DNA from: Candidatus Aminicenantes bacterium
Lineage (GTDB): Bacteria > Acidobacteriota > Aminicenantia > Aminicenantales > CAVYOD01
DNA: 64,000 bases
Assembly: GCA_963701305.1 (NCBI GenBank)
Contig: OY969586.1
Coordinates: 1,074,690 to 1,138,689, forward strand
Direction: 5' to 3'
Shown: in pieces, positions 55,075 to 64,000 of the stretch
How the letters are laid out: each line of letters begins with the position of its first letter
Numbering within the stretch: position 1 is the first letter of the stretch
Translations under genes and position numbers: made by a program
Notes under the pieces: model-generated
Databases searched by the model: none
Told to the model about the DNA's origin: nothing
What the model saw: the letters and a program-made list of their open reading frames with translations, nothing else

Positions 55075-56475
55075 ATGGCAAACTTCACAAAGAAGCTTGG
55101 TATTCTTGGGATCATAGTGTTGCTCTTGACCGGTTTCTTGGCCTTTGCTCAGGAAAAGGCCCAGGACAAGCGGAAAGCCCTCGACCCGAAAACACCGACA
55201 ACCGATGACCCCCGGCGGATTCCCGTGCCGCCGGGTCCACGCGGGCCGGAGGGTGTTCTCGTCCTCCGGGGGGGGCGCATCTTTGACGGCACGGGCGCTC
55301 CGGTGCGGCCCGGGACTCTTGTCATCCGGCGAAACAAAATTGACAAAGTCCTCCCGGCCGGGTCCGCCGACTGGCCGAAAGAGGCGCGGGTCATTGATCT
55401 TGCGGGGAAAACGGTCCTGCCGGGGCTGATCGACGCCCACACCCATATCGACTACGCCGAGCCCGGAGCCTCATTCCTGATGGAGATCAGCGAGGCCGAC
55501 GCCATGCTCCGGGCCGTCGAAAAGGCGCGGTTCTTTTTGGAGTGCGGCATCACCAGTATCCGGGACGTCGGCTCGTTGCACAACGTCCCCTTCCGGCTCA
55601 AGGAGTGGGTTTCACAGAACCGTGTCCCCGGCCCGCGCATCTTTGCCGCCGGAGCATTCATCACCTCGACCGGCGGCCACGGCGCAGAGGGAATCGACCC
55701 GGACATCCTCGTGCCCAAGAGCACCCGGATCGCCGAGGGCCCGGACGAGTGGAGGCAGGCCGTCCGGGAGCAGTTCAACCGCGGCGCCGACCTCATCAAG
55801 ACAGGTAGTCATTTCAGCCGCGAGGAGATCGGAGCCGCCGTAGAAGAAGCACACGCCCTGGGACTCAAAGTGGCCTGCGACGCCGAGACTTTTTACATCC
55901 GCTGGGCGGCCGAGGCCGGAGTCGACGTCATCGAGCATCCATTGCCCCGGACCGATGAGACGATCCAGCTTATGGCCCAAAAAGGCACCCAATCTGTGCC
56001 CACGCTCGTCCCCTACACCTATATCTTTGACCAGTCCGGCGGATACTTTTTCTCAACTTCACGCCGATTCACTTTCTCCAAGGAGGCCAACCTCGAAGTC
56101 CTCCGCCGCATGAAAAAAGCCGGAATCAAAATGGGAATCGGCACCGACCTGGTGACAGATTGGTTCCGCTACCTCCCGATCCCCTACATCAGCGAGCTCA
56201 AATATTTTGTCCAGGCCGGGTACACGATGGGCGAGGCCCTCGTGGCCGGGACCAAAACCAACGCCGAGATCCTGGATATGGATGATAAGCTCGGGACGCT
56301 GGAATCGGGAAAGCTTGCCGACGTCACTGTCATCGATGGAAAGCCGGACGAGAATCTGGACGACCTCGCCAAAGTGGACCTGGTCATCCGGGACGGGTTT
56401 CTCGTCGTCAAGGGAGGCGAAGTCGTTATACCGCGACACGTTCCCATCATACCGCCCCAGCCCAAAACCAAATAA
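55075..56475 (+). CDS. Amidohydrolase-family metallo-hydrolase (imidazolonepropionase / Xaa-Pro dipeptidase-like), secreted.
   Basis: Signal peptide. LPGLIDAHTHID metal-binding motif. RBS GAAGGAGG. The ORF track begins at 55057. Confidence 0.7.
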   Translation: MANFTKKLGILGIIVLLLTGFLAFAQEKAQDKRKALDPKTPTTDDPRRIPVPPGPRGPEGVLVLRGGRIFDGTGAPVRPGTLVIRRNKIDKVLPAGSADWPKEARVIDLAGKTVLPGLIDAHTHIDYAEPGASFLMEISEADAMLRAVEKARFFLECGITSIRDVGSLHNVPFRLKEWVSQNRVPGPRIFAAGAFITSTGGHGAEGIDPDILVPKSTRIAEGPDEWRQAVREQFNRGADLIKTGSHFSREEIGAAVEEAHALGLKVACDAETFYIRWAAEAGVDVIEHPLPRTDETIQLMAQKGTQSVPTLVPYTYIFDQSGGYFFSTSRRFTFSKEANLEVLRRMKKAGIKMGIGTDLVTDWFRYLPIPYISELKYFVQAGYTMGEALVAGTKTNAEILDMDDKLGTLESGKLADVTVIDGKPDENLDDLAKVDLVIRDGFLVVKGGEVVIPRHVPIIPPQPKTK

Positions 56476-56544
56476 GAATTAAAGATTACGCGGGGAAAAG
56501 GGGCGGCTCGCTCGTCCACCCGGACTCAAACATCTTTCTGTCAG

Positions 56545-57882
56545 CTAATCGTAGCCCTTAAACTCTTCTTCGAGTTTCAGGTGGAGAGTGGCCGTATAGC
56601 AGGTGAGGCAGGTCATGGTGACGTACATCTGCCAACTCTCATCGGCGCTTGTCAGAAGAACCCCGTTGTTGGAAACGGCACCGTTTATCCAGTCCGTTAC
56701 GATTCCCGTGAGATTGACGACCATGTCGACCTGATCGTTCGGCAGGTTCGCCCAAAAGGTCTTCAGCGTGTTCCAGCAATCAAACCCCTGCAGCAAAGGA
56801 CCGTCCAGCCTGTGCACTTTGCCGGCGCAGGAAAACAGGCTCTGGTTGGCGGAGTATGTGCCTTCCCTTTTGAGAAGCAGCATGGCTTCCAGAACGTGCG
56901 GCTTCTTCGCCTGGAATTGTTCTATCGGGAATTTCAGTTGGGCACGATGGATAAAGCCGTGCCATTGTGAGGTTCCTGTCGAATCCGTGTAGTAGAAGAA
57001 ATCAAAACCCACGTGAGCCTTGGAAATCCCCTGCTCACAACGGGGTCGGACCGGAAACGGATTCAGAAAATTGCTATTATGCACACACATCGCATTCGTG
57101 ATCGAAGCCTGCAGTGTATATTCGTGGACTTTCATGGGCCAGGTGAGGTGGAACCTGCCGCTCCAGGCGGTGAGGTTCTTCCCATAGCTGTAGAGGCGGA
57201 GTTTGTACCAGCCGGGGGCCATGATATCGCCAAAAGGGATGGTCCAGATGTAGAAATATTCATTGGGATGCGCAGGGCCTTCGGGTATAACGCCCGAGCC
57301 GGCCCCGTAGCCCCCCGAGTAAACCTCTATAATCTTATTCGAGCCGGTTTCGTTATAGAGCTCGATATCGAGGCCGTCATTAGGCAAAGTAACAGCCTGG
57401 AACACTATGTTCATTTTATCGCCGTTGTGCCAGGAGCTTTCCGGATTGGGTTGCACGACCTTGAGGAAAGGACTTATCTGCACCGCTACCTTCACGGGCA
57501 CTTTTGTCATGGGGGTTTTTGGAGATGGTTGCCCGGACACCAGGTTAAAAATGCCGCTGTCGCCATGAACATCCGCCCCTTTGACCTTGACCCTGATGCG
57601 GTAGCTTCCGTCCGGGATGTCATTCGGAATCGCCCATTGATAGGATCCGCTGTTCGGAACCCCGTCCGCTAACTCCCTGATGGTGGCGGTTGAGCTCTGG
57701 TTCCTCAACATGATCTTTACTGTATCGGGCATGTTCCCTGATTTTATCCAGGTGATGAGGTAAGTTTTGTTTTTTTCCCAGTTGTCCCCGGCCGCCGGTT
57801 TTGTCACCGTAATCGCGGGTGCGGAGTAAACCAGGCCCGCAAGCAGGCTCATGAAGAGAAAAAATGGCAGGATTTTTTTCAT
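56545..57882 (-). CDS. Secreted hypothetical protein, about 445 aa.
   Basis: ATG with a perfect GGAGGA RBS (7-nt spacer) gives the signal peptide MKKILPFFLFMSLLAGLVYSAPA. The ORF track extends upstream to 58017. No family recognised. Confidence 0.5.
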   Translation of the reverse strand: MKKILPFFLFMSLLAGLVYSAPAITVTKPAAGDNWEKNKTYLITWIKSGNMPDTVKIMLRNQSSTATIRELADGVPNSGSYQWAIPNDIPDGSYRIRVKVKGADVHGDSGIFNLVSGQPSPKTPMTKVPVKVAVQISPFLKVVQPNPESSWHNGDKMNIVFQAVTLPNDGLDIELYNETGSNKIIEVYSGGYGAGSGVIPEGPAHPNEYFYIWTIPFGDIMAPGWYKLRLYSYGKNLTAWSGRFHLTWPMKVHEYTLQASITNAMCVHNSNFLNPFPVRPRCEQGISKAHVGFDFFYYTDSTGTSQWHGFIHRAQLKFPIEQFQAKKPHVLEAMLLLKREGTYSANQSLFSCAGKVHRLDGPLLQGFDCWNTLKTFWANLPNDQVDMVVNLTGIVTDWINGAVSNNGVLLTSADESWQMYVTMTCLTCYTATLHLKLEEEFKGYD

Positions 57883-58085
57883 GGTGTGATCCTCCCTATC
57901 GGATGTTCCCATTTCCCTTGCGGCCAATTTATAAAAAGGCGGGAAAAATGTCAACCCTCCTTTGTCCCAAAATCCGGGGACGACGATCGGGCCGCACGAA
58001 CGCTGCTCGCCGCTCACCGGCTCACTTCTTTTTTGACATCTTCCGCGACTTCCTCTATCTTTATGGGTGATGTTATCGCTACGTT

Positions 58086-59399
58086 TTGGACAATTGCCTT
58101 TTCAAATTCGTGCTCATGGCTGAAAGAGACAGCGCTCCCGCCCGGGAAACGGGTGAGCCGTTCATTCTGGCGAGGTCCGGGCACCCGATCTCAAGGCGCG
58201 ACATCGACCCGGACGCCCTCAAGATCCTCTATCGCCTCTGCCGGCTGGGCTTCACCGCCTACCTCTGCGGCGGGGCGGTCCGGGACCTGTTCCTGGGAAA
58301 GCCGCCTAAGGACTTTGACATCGTGACCGATGCCCGCCCCGGGCAGATCAAGAGATGCTTCCACAATGTTTATATCATCGGGAGGCGATTCCGCCTGGCC
58401 CACATCCACTTCCAAGGAGGGAAGACGATCGAGGTGGCGACCTTCCGGAGGAACCCCGATGTCTGCGACGAGAACTCGCCCGATGCCAAGATCGATCCCA
58501 AAAACGCCTACGGGACCCCGCGCGAGGACGCTTTCCGCCGCGACATCACGATCAACGCCCTGTTCTATGATATCGCTACGGCCTCAGTCATTGATTATAC
58601 TGGGGGCATCGAGGATCTGGCCTGCCGCCTGGTCCGGGTTATAGGCGATCCCGCTGAACGCTTCACGGAGGATCCCGTCCGCATCTGGCGTGTCGTGAGA
58701 CACGCCGCTCGGCTGCAATTCGGGATCGAGGAGGCGACCGAGCGCGCGATTCCTCAGCTCAGACATCTGCTGGCGGAATGTTCCGGAGCGCGACTATACG
58801 AGGAGCTGAACAAGGACCTCGCCTACGAAAAGACACGTCCCGTCATTGAAGCCATGCGTCGATACCATCTTATGAGGTTTGTCCTCGGCCAGCCCGGCGA
58901 GGACTACGAGACTCATCCGGACCTCTTCTCCAGGGTTTGTTCGCTACTTGAGATCCAAGATAAGGCAAAAGCGTCGGGATACGTCCCCTCCCCGGTCGAA
59001 ATGTATGCCGTGGTCTTCTGGCCTTGGATGGAACCGCTCTTCACCGGAGCGCGCGGTGATATGCACGTGACCCTGAAGAACGCTCTGGCGACGGCAGGGA
59101 CAAAAGCGACCCTGCCCCGGAACCTACGAGCCGATGTCATCCAGACCATGATCATCGCCGGAAGAATGATCCAGGCCCTTCGCTCCGGCCAGATGCGCTG
59201 GTCCTTGAAGCAGCGTCCTCATTACGCCCCAGCCTCCCGGCTGCTTTTCCTGATCGAGAAGGGACGGCCGCAGGAAGCCGGGGAGTCTTTTGAGAGCCTT
59301 TTCCGGCAGGCCTTCCCTTCGGCTCCGACCAGGCGACCGAGACGGCGAAGGCGGCACCGGCGCTTCCGGAATGCTCCGACGGGGCCGGCCGCCCCTTAA
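58086..59399 (+). CDS. pcnB: Poly(A) polymerase / tRNA nucleotidyltransferase family protein (PcnB-like) with an Arg-rich C-terminal tail.
   Basis: GGAVRDLFLGKPPKDFDIVTDARP (head domain G-G-x-V-R-D and D-x-D). RFRLAHIHFQ. Basic tail RRPRRRRRHRRFR. Confidence 0.7.
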   Translation: MDNCLFKFVLMAERDSAPARETGEPFILARSGHPISRRDIDPDALKILYRLCRLGFTAYLCGGAVRDLFLGKPPKDFDIVTDARPGQIKRCFHNVYIIGRRFRLAHIHFQGGKTIEVATFRRNPDVCDENSPDAKIDPKNAYGTPREDAFRRDITINALFYDIATASVIDYTGGIEDLACRLVRVIGDPAERFTEDPVRIWRVVRHAARLQFGIEEATERAIPQLRHLLAECSGARLYEELNKDLAYEKTRPVIEAMRRYHLMRFVLGQPGEDYETHPDLFSRVCSLLEIQDKAKASGYVPSPVEMYAVVFWPWMEPLFTGARGDMHVTLKNALATAGTKATLPRNLRADVIQTMIIAGRMIQALRSGQMRWSLKQRPHYAPASRLLFLIEKGRPQEAGESFESLFRQAFPSAPTRRPRRRRRHRRFRNAPTGPAAP

Positions 59400-59495
59400 G
59401 AAAAGTTCGGGGGGGAAGTCGGTGGTTTCGTTGACCCTGTCTTTTTCTTGTGTTATAAGCGAGGAAGATAGCGCGAAAAAGAGAGGAACAAACCC

Positions 59496-60869
59496 ATGAA
59501 AGAAAAAAATAAGATTTCCCGCCGGACATTCCTGGGGACTTCCGCGACTGCGGCAGCCGCATTCATGGTCGTCCCCCGCCATGTGATCGGCGCCATCGGA
59601 GACAAGAAGGCGCCCAGCGATACCCTGAACATCGGTTGCGTTGGTGTCGGCGGCAAAGGATTTTCGGACACCCAGAGCGTCAGCACCGAAAACATCGTGG
59701 CTTTGTGCGACGTCGATGACATCATGATGGCTGATTTCCTGAAGTCGGATGAGCATCCCCCCGAGAAAAAAGTAAAGTACGAGAAGGCCAATAAATATCG
59801 TGATTTTCGGCTGATGCTGGATAAAGAAAAGAGCCTCGACGCGATCACGGTGAGTGTGCCGGACCATAATCACGCCGCGATTGCCATGGCGGCCATCAAA
59901 CTGGGCAAACATGTCTTTGTCCAGAAACCCTTGACCCATACGGTGAAAGAAGCTCGGCTATTGCTGCAGGCGGCGAGGCAGGCCAACGTCGTCACTCAGA
60001 TGGGGAATCAGGGGCACGCCAAGGAAGGAGCGCGTCTTATCAACGAGTGGATCTGGGCGGGCGCGATCGGCAGTGTCGGCGAAGTCCACGCCTGGACCGA
60101 CCGGCCGATCTGGCCACAAGGCGGAATCGATGCCCCCCCCGAGGTCCCCTCTGTGCCATCCACTCTCGATTGGGACGTTTGGATCGGCCCGGCGCCATTC
60201 CGTCCTTACCATCCCCTTATTCACCCTTTCAAATGGCGCGGTCTTTGGGATTTCGGCACCGGCTCACTCGGCGACATGGGCGCTCACATTCTTGACCAGC
60301 CTTTTTGGGCCCTGAAGTTAGGCTATCCGACGAGCGTGCAGGCCAGCTCTTCCGTTTTCAGCAAAGACTATTATCCTCTGGCGGAAATCGTGACTTACGA
60401 ATTCCCCGCCAGGGGCCCAATGGGGCCGGTCAAGCTGACGTGGTACGACGGAGGATTGATGCCACCCAGGCCGCCGGAACTCGAAGACGGCAGGATGATG
60501 GGTGATGAAGGCGGCGGCGTTCTTTTCCTCGGCGACAAAGGCGCCCTGATGTGCAGTGTCTATGGAGAGAACCCGCGTTTGATCCCCGAGTCCAGGATGC
60601 AGGAATACAAGAGGCCGGAGAAGACCATCCCCCGATCCCCAGGGATCCATGAGGAATGGATTGAGGCGATTAAGAAAGGGACAAAATCAACGACCGACTT
60701 CGAGTACTCCGCGCCCCTGACAGAGGCCATGCTCCTGGCCAATATCGCCGTCCGAATGAAAGAGTCGAACACGAAACTCCTCTGGAATGGAGAGAAGTTG
60801 GAGTTCACCAACCTCCCCGAGGCTAATAAGTATCTCCACTGTGAATATCGTCCTGGCTGGAGTTTGTGA
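59496..60869 (+). CDS. Gfo/Idh/MocA-family NAD(P) oxidoreductase with a Tat signal.
   Basis: SRRTFLGTSATAAAAFMVVP twin-arginine signal. Rossmann GCVGVGGKG. Family-typical length. Confidence 0.8.
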   Translation: MKEKNKISRRTFLGTSATAAAAFMVVPRHVIGAIGDKKAPSDTLNIGCVGVGGKGFSDTQSVSTENIVALCDVDDIMMADFLKSDEHPPEKKVKYEKANKYRDFRLMLDKEKSLDAITVSVPDHNHAAIAMAAIKLGKHVFVQKPLTHTVKEARLLLQAARQANVVTQMGNQGHAKEGARLINEWIWAGAIGSVGEVHAWTDRPIWPQGGIDAPPEVPSVPSTLDWDVWIGPAPFRPYHPLIHPFKWRGLWDFGTGSLGDMGAHILDQPFWALKLGYPTSVQASSSVFSKDYYPLAEIVTYEFPARGPMGPVKLTWYDGGLMPPRPPELEDGRMMGDEGGGVLFLGDKGALMCSVYGENPRLIPESRMQEYKRPEKTIPRSPGIHEEWIEAIKKGTKSTTDFEYSAPLTEAMLLANIAVRMKESNTKLLWNGEKLEFTNLPEANKYLHCEYRPGWSL

Positions 60870-61648
60870 GGGGGAAGAAAACGAAGCAGGTCCTGGTCAT
60901 GGCTATCTTATCTTCGACCATCGCATTGGTGGTTTCGGCCGAGAAGCAATGGCAGGTCCACGATCCTAGCAGGCCCCTCCCCCCGGTCGTTAATCCAGGT
61001 CCCGCCGGCCCTTCGATCCAGCCGCCGTCAGATGCCGCCATCCTCTTCGACGGCCGGGATCTTTCCCAGTGGACGGACGCCAAAGGCCATCCGGCAAAAT
61101 GGAAGGTTGAGAACGGTTATGCGGAGGTCGTGGACAAAACGGGGAGCATCCGCACGATCAAAGGATTCGGAGACTGTCAGCTCCATGTCGAATGGAGGGC
61201 GCCTCTCCCGGCCATCGGCGAAGGACAGGATAGAGGCAACAGTGGCGTTTTTTTGATGGACACTTACGAGATCCAGGTTCTGGATTGTCACAACAATAAG
61301 ACCTATGCCGATGGAATGGCGGCAGCCGTCTATGGCCAATATCCGCCCCTGGTGAATGCCTGCCGGCCGCCCGGAGAATGGCAGACCTATGATATCGTGT
61401 TCCACCGGCCACGTTTTGACCAGGAAGGGAAACTCCTGAAGCCTGCCCGGATGACCGTCTTCCACAATTGCGTTCTGGTTCAGGACGATGTTGCACTCAC
61501 CGGGCCGACGGCCCACAAAGCCCGGCCGCCTTACAAAGCCCATCCTGACAAGATGCCGCTTTCCCTTCAGGATCACGGCCACCCCGTCCGCTACCGGAAC
61601 ATCTGGATTCGTGAGCTGGGGGACGTTCCCCAAGGGGACACCCTTTAG
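60866..61648 (+). CDS. DUF1080 (3-keto-disaccharide hydrolase, LamG-like) domain protein, secreted.
   Basis: Signal peptide. ILFDGRDLSQWTD, HVEWR, GNSGVFLM and C-terminal YRNIWIREL are typical DUF1080 features. The start overlaps the upstream gene's stop (ATGA). Confidence 0.7.
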   Translation: MRGKKTKQVLVMAILSSTIALVVSAEKQWQVHDPSRPLPPVVNPGPAGPSIQPPSDAAILFDGRDLSQWTDAKGHPAKWKVENGYAEVVDKTGSIRTIKGFGDCQLHVEWRAPLPAIGEGQDRGNSGVFLMDTYEIQVLDCHNNKTYADGMAAAVYGQYPPLVNACRPPGEWQTYDIVFHRPRFDQEGKLLKPARMTVFHNCVLVQDDVALTGPTAHKARPPYKAHPDKMPLSLQDHGHPVRYRNIWIRELGDVPQGDTL

Positions 61649-61737
61649 TCCATAAAGGAAGAACAGCGGGGTGGTAAGCCTCATAATACGACATTCAGGG
61701 ATCAAGGGTGTCGCCTAGGGGAACGTCCCCCAGTGAG
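61617..61737. repeat. MITE-like inverted-repeat element, copy C. Its left arm supplies the last 9 codons of the DUF1080 gene.
   Basis: Left GGGGGACGTTCCCCAAGGGGACACCC at 61617..61642. Right GGGTGTCGCCTAGGGGAACGTCCCCCAGTGAG at 61706..61737. Confidence 0.55.
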
Positions 61738-61810
61738 CGCGGCATGCTCCGGGCCGCCCATTCTCCGGAATGATAGCTGTCTTACACCAAAACTCGGACT
61801 GAGACTAACC

Positions 61811-63967
61811 TCAGCAACCCGAATTCTTATTTATGGCACGGTCGATCGTTTCCGCGATTTCTTGGATCGAGAATGGTTTCATCAAAAATGCCTTGACCCC
61901 GGCGGCCTTCGCCTGGGCGGCGTCCACCGTCTCGCTGTACCCCGTGCAGAGGATGATGGGGATGTCGGGCCTGAGCAGGAGCATTTCTTCCGACAGCCTG
62001 ATGCCTGAGAGTTTGGGCATGATTTGGTCTGTGATCACAAGGTCGAAGGCGGCGGGATTTTTTCGGAAAAGGGCCAGCGCTTCCGAGCTGTCGGCCTTCA
62101 CGTTGACTTCATAGCCCAATCTCTCTAAGACGTTTTGATAGCTTTCGAGCTGCATCTTTTCATCATCCACGACTAGGATCCGGCCCTTCCCCCGAGTGAT
62201 CTTCCCCCTCCCGGGTTCAGGGGCGGGCGCCAGTCCTTTCACAAGGGGCAAGTAAACGGAAAACTCGGTCCCCTTCCCGAGTTCGCTCTGTGCCGTGACG
62301 CCGCCTCCGAGCATTCTGACGATGCCCAAAACGACCGAAAGGCCCATCCCGGAACCTTCGCCAGGTTTCTTGGTGGTGAAAAAAGGATCAAAAACTCGTT
62401 CCAGGACCTCGCGCTTTATCCCCGGGCCCGTATCGGACACGGTCAGCTTGAGATACGGGCCGGGCTTCAAATCCTGAAGGGCGGGCGGGAGGTTTGGCCC
62501 GACTTCCTCCTGAGCGAGTTTCACCTCGAGGACCCCTCCCTTTTCTCTCATCGCCTGCGAGGCATTATTACAGAGGTTCATGACAATCTGGTGAATCTGG
62601 CTGGGGTCGCCCAGGATCAAGTCGTTCCCGTCCTGAATCTGCTGCCGGATTTCGATCGTTTCGGGGAAAGAAGACCGGATTAGCTTCATCGTCTCCTTGA
62701 TGAGCGGGCCTAAGCGAAGCGGCTGCCGTCCCTGCTCTTTCTGGCGGCTGAAGGTGATGATCTGCTTAACCAGCTGCTTTCCCCTCGAGGCGGCGGAAAG
62801 AGCCAGCTCGAGCATATTCCTCGTTGGATTGCCCTCGGGGAGGCCGCGCAGGGCCATCTCTGTATTGATGATGATAGGCATCAAGATGTTGTTGAAGTCA
62901 TGGGCGATCCCGCCGGCCAGAGTGCCCAAGGCTTCGAGCTTCTGGCCTTGCCGAACGAGCTGGTCGAGCTTTAGCTGCTGGGTCACGTCGCGCTCGACCG
63001 CGAGATAGTTGATCACTTTTCCGAACTGGTCACGGATGGGTGAATAGGTGACTTCCAGCTCCTGCTCCACTCCTGAGGCGTTCTTCCGGCTCACCTGGGT
63101 ATTCAGGGAGTCCCCACAGCGGAATGCTCCCTCCAAATTCTTTTTGAGGACGGCATTTTCTGCCCCGCCGGTCAAGACATTAAGGTATTTCTTTCCCAGC
63201 AGGTCGGCTCCGGAGCATCCGGCGAGCTCCTCGAAAGCGGGATTGACATAGCTGATGATTCCCTCGGGCGAGGTGATGGCGATCCCTTCGCTGCCTTGCT
63301 CAACGGCCGCCGCGAGGCGCAGGCGCTCTTCCTCGCTTCGTTTTTTCTCAGTAATATCCGCAAAAGAGCCCACCCAGCCGAGGACCCCGCCCTCGGGGTC
63401 TTTGAGAACAGACAGGTTGACCAGGGCATCAGAGAGTTCATTATTTTTTCGGCGCAACCGCAACTCGAACGTCCTCCCTCCTTTTTCCGCGCCTCGGACC
63501 TCCTCGAAAGCCCGCGAGATCGCCGCGACCTCTTTTTTCGGCCAATAGGGCTGCGGCGACTCGGAACCCACGAGTTCTTTTTCGCCCCAGCCAAATAATC
63601 GGCAGAAAGTCCGATTGACATAAGTTTGTCTTCCCTCCAGGTCCCAGGCCGCGAGGCCGATCAGGACGGAATTGTCGATGGCCTGGCGGTAGGCAAAGGC
63701 CCAACGGGCTTCCATCTCTTTCTCTTTGCGGGCGCTGATATCGCTGACAGCGCATTGCATTCCCGTGACCGTCCCCGGCCAGACCTTGAGGCCGGAGCAC
63801 GAAAATGCCACCCAGAAACTGGTCCCGTCTGCCTTCCTCAATATGAGCTCGAAGCTTTCCTTGGCGCCGGTTTCAAAAACCCTGCTCTTACATTCCAAAT
63901 ATGCATCCCGCCACTCGGGCGCCACGAATTGGGAAAAAATGAGACCTCTGAGGGATGGCCGCGCCAT
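61811..63967 (-). CDS. PAS-domain hybrid sensor histidine kinase (PAS x2-3, HisKA, HATPase_c, C-terminal REC). It may extend past the window end.
   Basis: H-box AHDFNNILMPI. G-boxes (DTGPGI, GSGMGLSV). Receiver ILVVDDE...DLVITDQIMP. The minus-strand frame stays open to position 64000. Confidence 0.8.
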   Translation of the reverse strand: MARPSLRGLIFSQFVAPEWRDAYLECKSRVFETGAKESFELILRKADGTSFWVAFSCSGLKVWPGTVTGMQCAVSDISARKEKEMEARWAFAYRQAIDNSVLIGLAAWDLEGRQTYVNRTFCRLFGWGEKELVGSESPQPYWPKKEVAAISRAFEEVRGAEKGGRTFELRLRRKNNELSDALVNLSVLKDPEGGVLGWVGSFADITEKKRSEEERLRLAAAVEQGSEGIAITSPEGIISYVNPAFEELAGCSGADLLGKKYLNVLTGGAENAVLKKNLEGAFRCGDSLNTQVSRKNASGVEQELEVTYSPIRDQFGKVINYLAVERDVTQQLKLDQLVRQGQKLEALGTLAGGIAHDFNNILMPIIINTEMALRGLPEGNPTRNMLELALSAASRGKQLVKQIITFSRQKEQGRQPLRLGPLIKETMKLIRSSFPETIEIRQQIQDGNDLILGDPSQIHQIVMNLCNNASQAMREKGGVLEVKLAQEEVGPNLPPALQDLKPGPYLKLTVSDTGPGIKREVLERVFDPFFTTKKPGEGSGMGLSVVLGIVRMLGGGVTAQSELGKGTEFSVYLPLVKGLAPAPEPGRGKITRGKGRILVVDDEKMQLESYQNVLERLGYEVNVKADSSEALALFRKNPAAFDLVITDQIMPKLSGIRLSEEMLLLRPDIPIILCTGYSETVDAAQAKAAGVKAFLMKPFSIQEIAETIDRAINKNSGC

Positions 63968-64000
63968 TCCCAGCAGATCGGCCGCGGTTAGATTGGCTTC

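Noticed and set aside
1-64000. CRISPR arrays, rRNA genes, other tRNAs and integrase/transposase ORFs.
   Set aside because: No regularly spaced direct repeats, no rRNA-like conserved segments, no additional cloverleafs noticed in the intergenic regions inspected, and no recognisable recombinase among ORFs over 60 aa.

Overview
High-GC bacterial chromosomal window with dense, mostly non-overlapping genes. Several markers suggest an Acidobacteria-like lineage: a GWxTD-domain protein, Tat-exported Gfo/Idh/MocA and DUF1080 proteins, and a Ser/Thr kinase with TPR repeats.

The main content is a complete pyrrolysine (Pyl) biosynthesis and decoding cassette at ~45.7-52.3 kb:
- a split pyrrolysyl-tRNA synthetase (pylSc and pylSn), pylB, pylC and pylD;
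- a tRNA-Pyl (CUA anticodon) that overlaps the 3' end of pylD;
- a methylamine-type corrinoid protein inserted inside the operon;
- a dimethylamine methyltransferase gene (mtbB) whose reading frame is interrupted by a single in-frame UAG at the conserved Pyl position.

The rest of the window encodes:
- a PutA-like proline dehydrogenase/P5C dehydrogenase, truncated at the window start;
- a PEP-synthase/PPDK-like enzyme beside a MetH-activation-domain-like protein;
- a superoxide reductase flanked by two paralogous pseudo-receiver genes that carry sigma54-type promoters, next to an NtrC-family activator;
- Lpd-like oxidoreductase, acyl-ACP thioesterase, CPBP protease, UbiA prenyltransferase, a class IV aminotransferase-like protein, a BNR-repeat protein, a Tat-signal alpha-oxoamine synthase, three beta-lactamase-family serine hydrolases, SDR, proline racemase and a ~2000-aa alpha-2-macroglobulin;
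- GntR, MBL hydrolase, an enolase-superfamily enzyme, CocE/NonD hydrolase, D-aminoacylase, S9 peptidase, amidohydrolase, PcnB and a PAS hybrid histidine kinase.

Three dispersed intergenic repeat families are visible: inverted-repeat pairs (possibly MITE-like), a ~130-nt highly structured element, and a GGGGTAAGGG REP-like motif. No CRISPR array or rRNA was seen.
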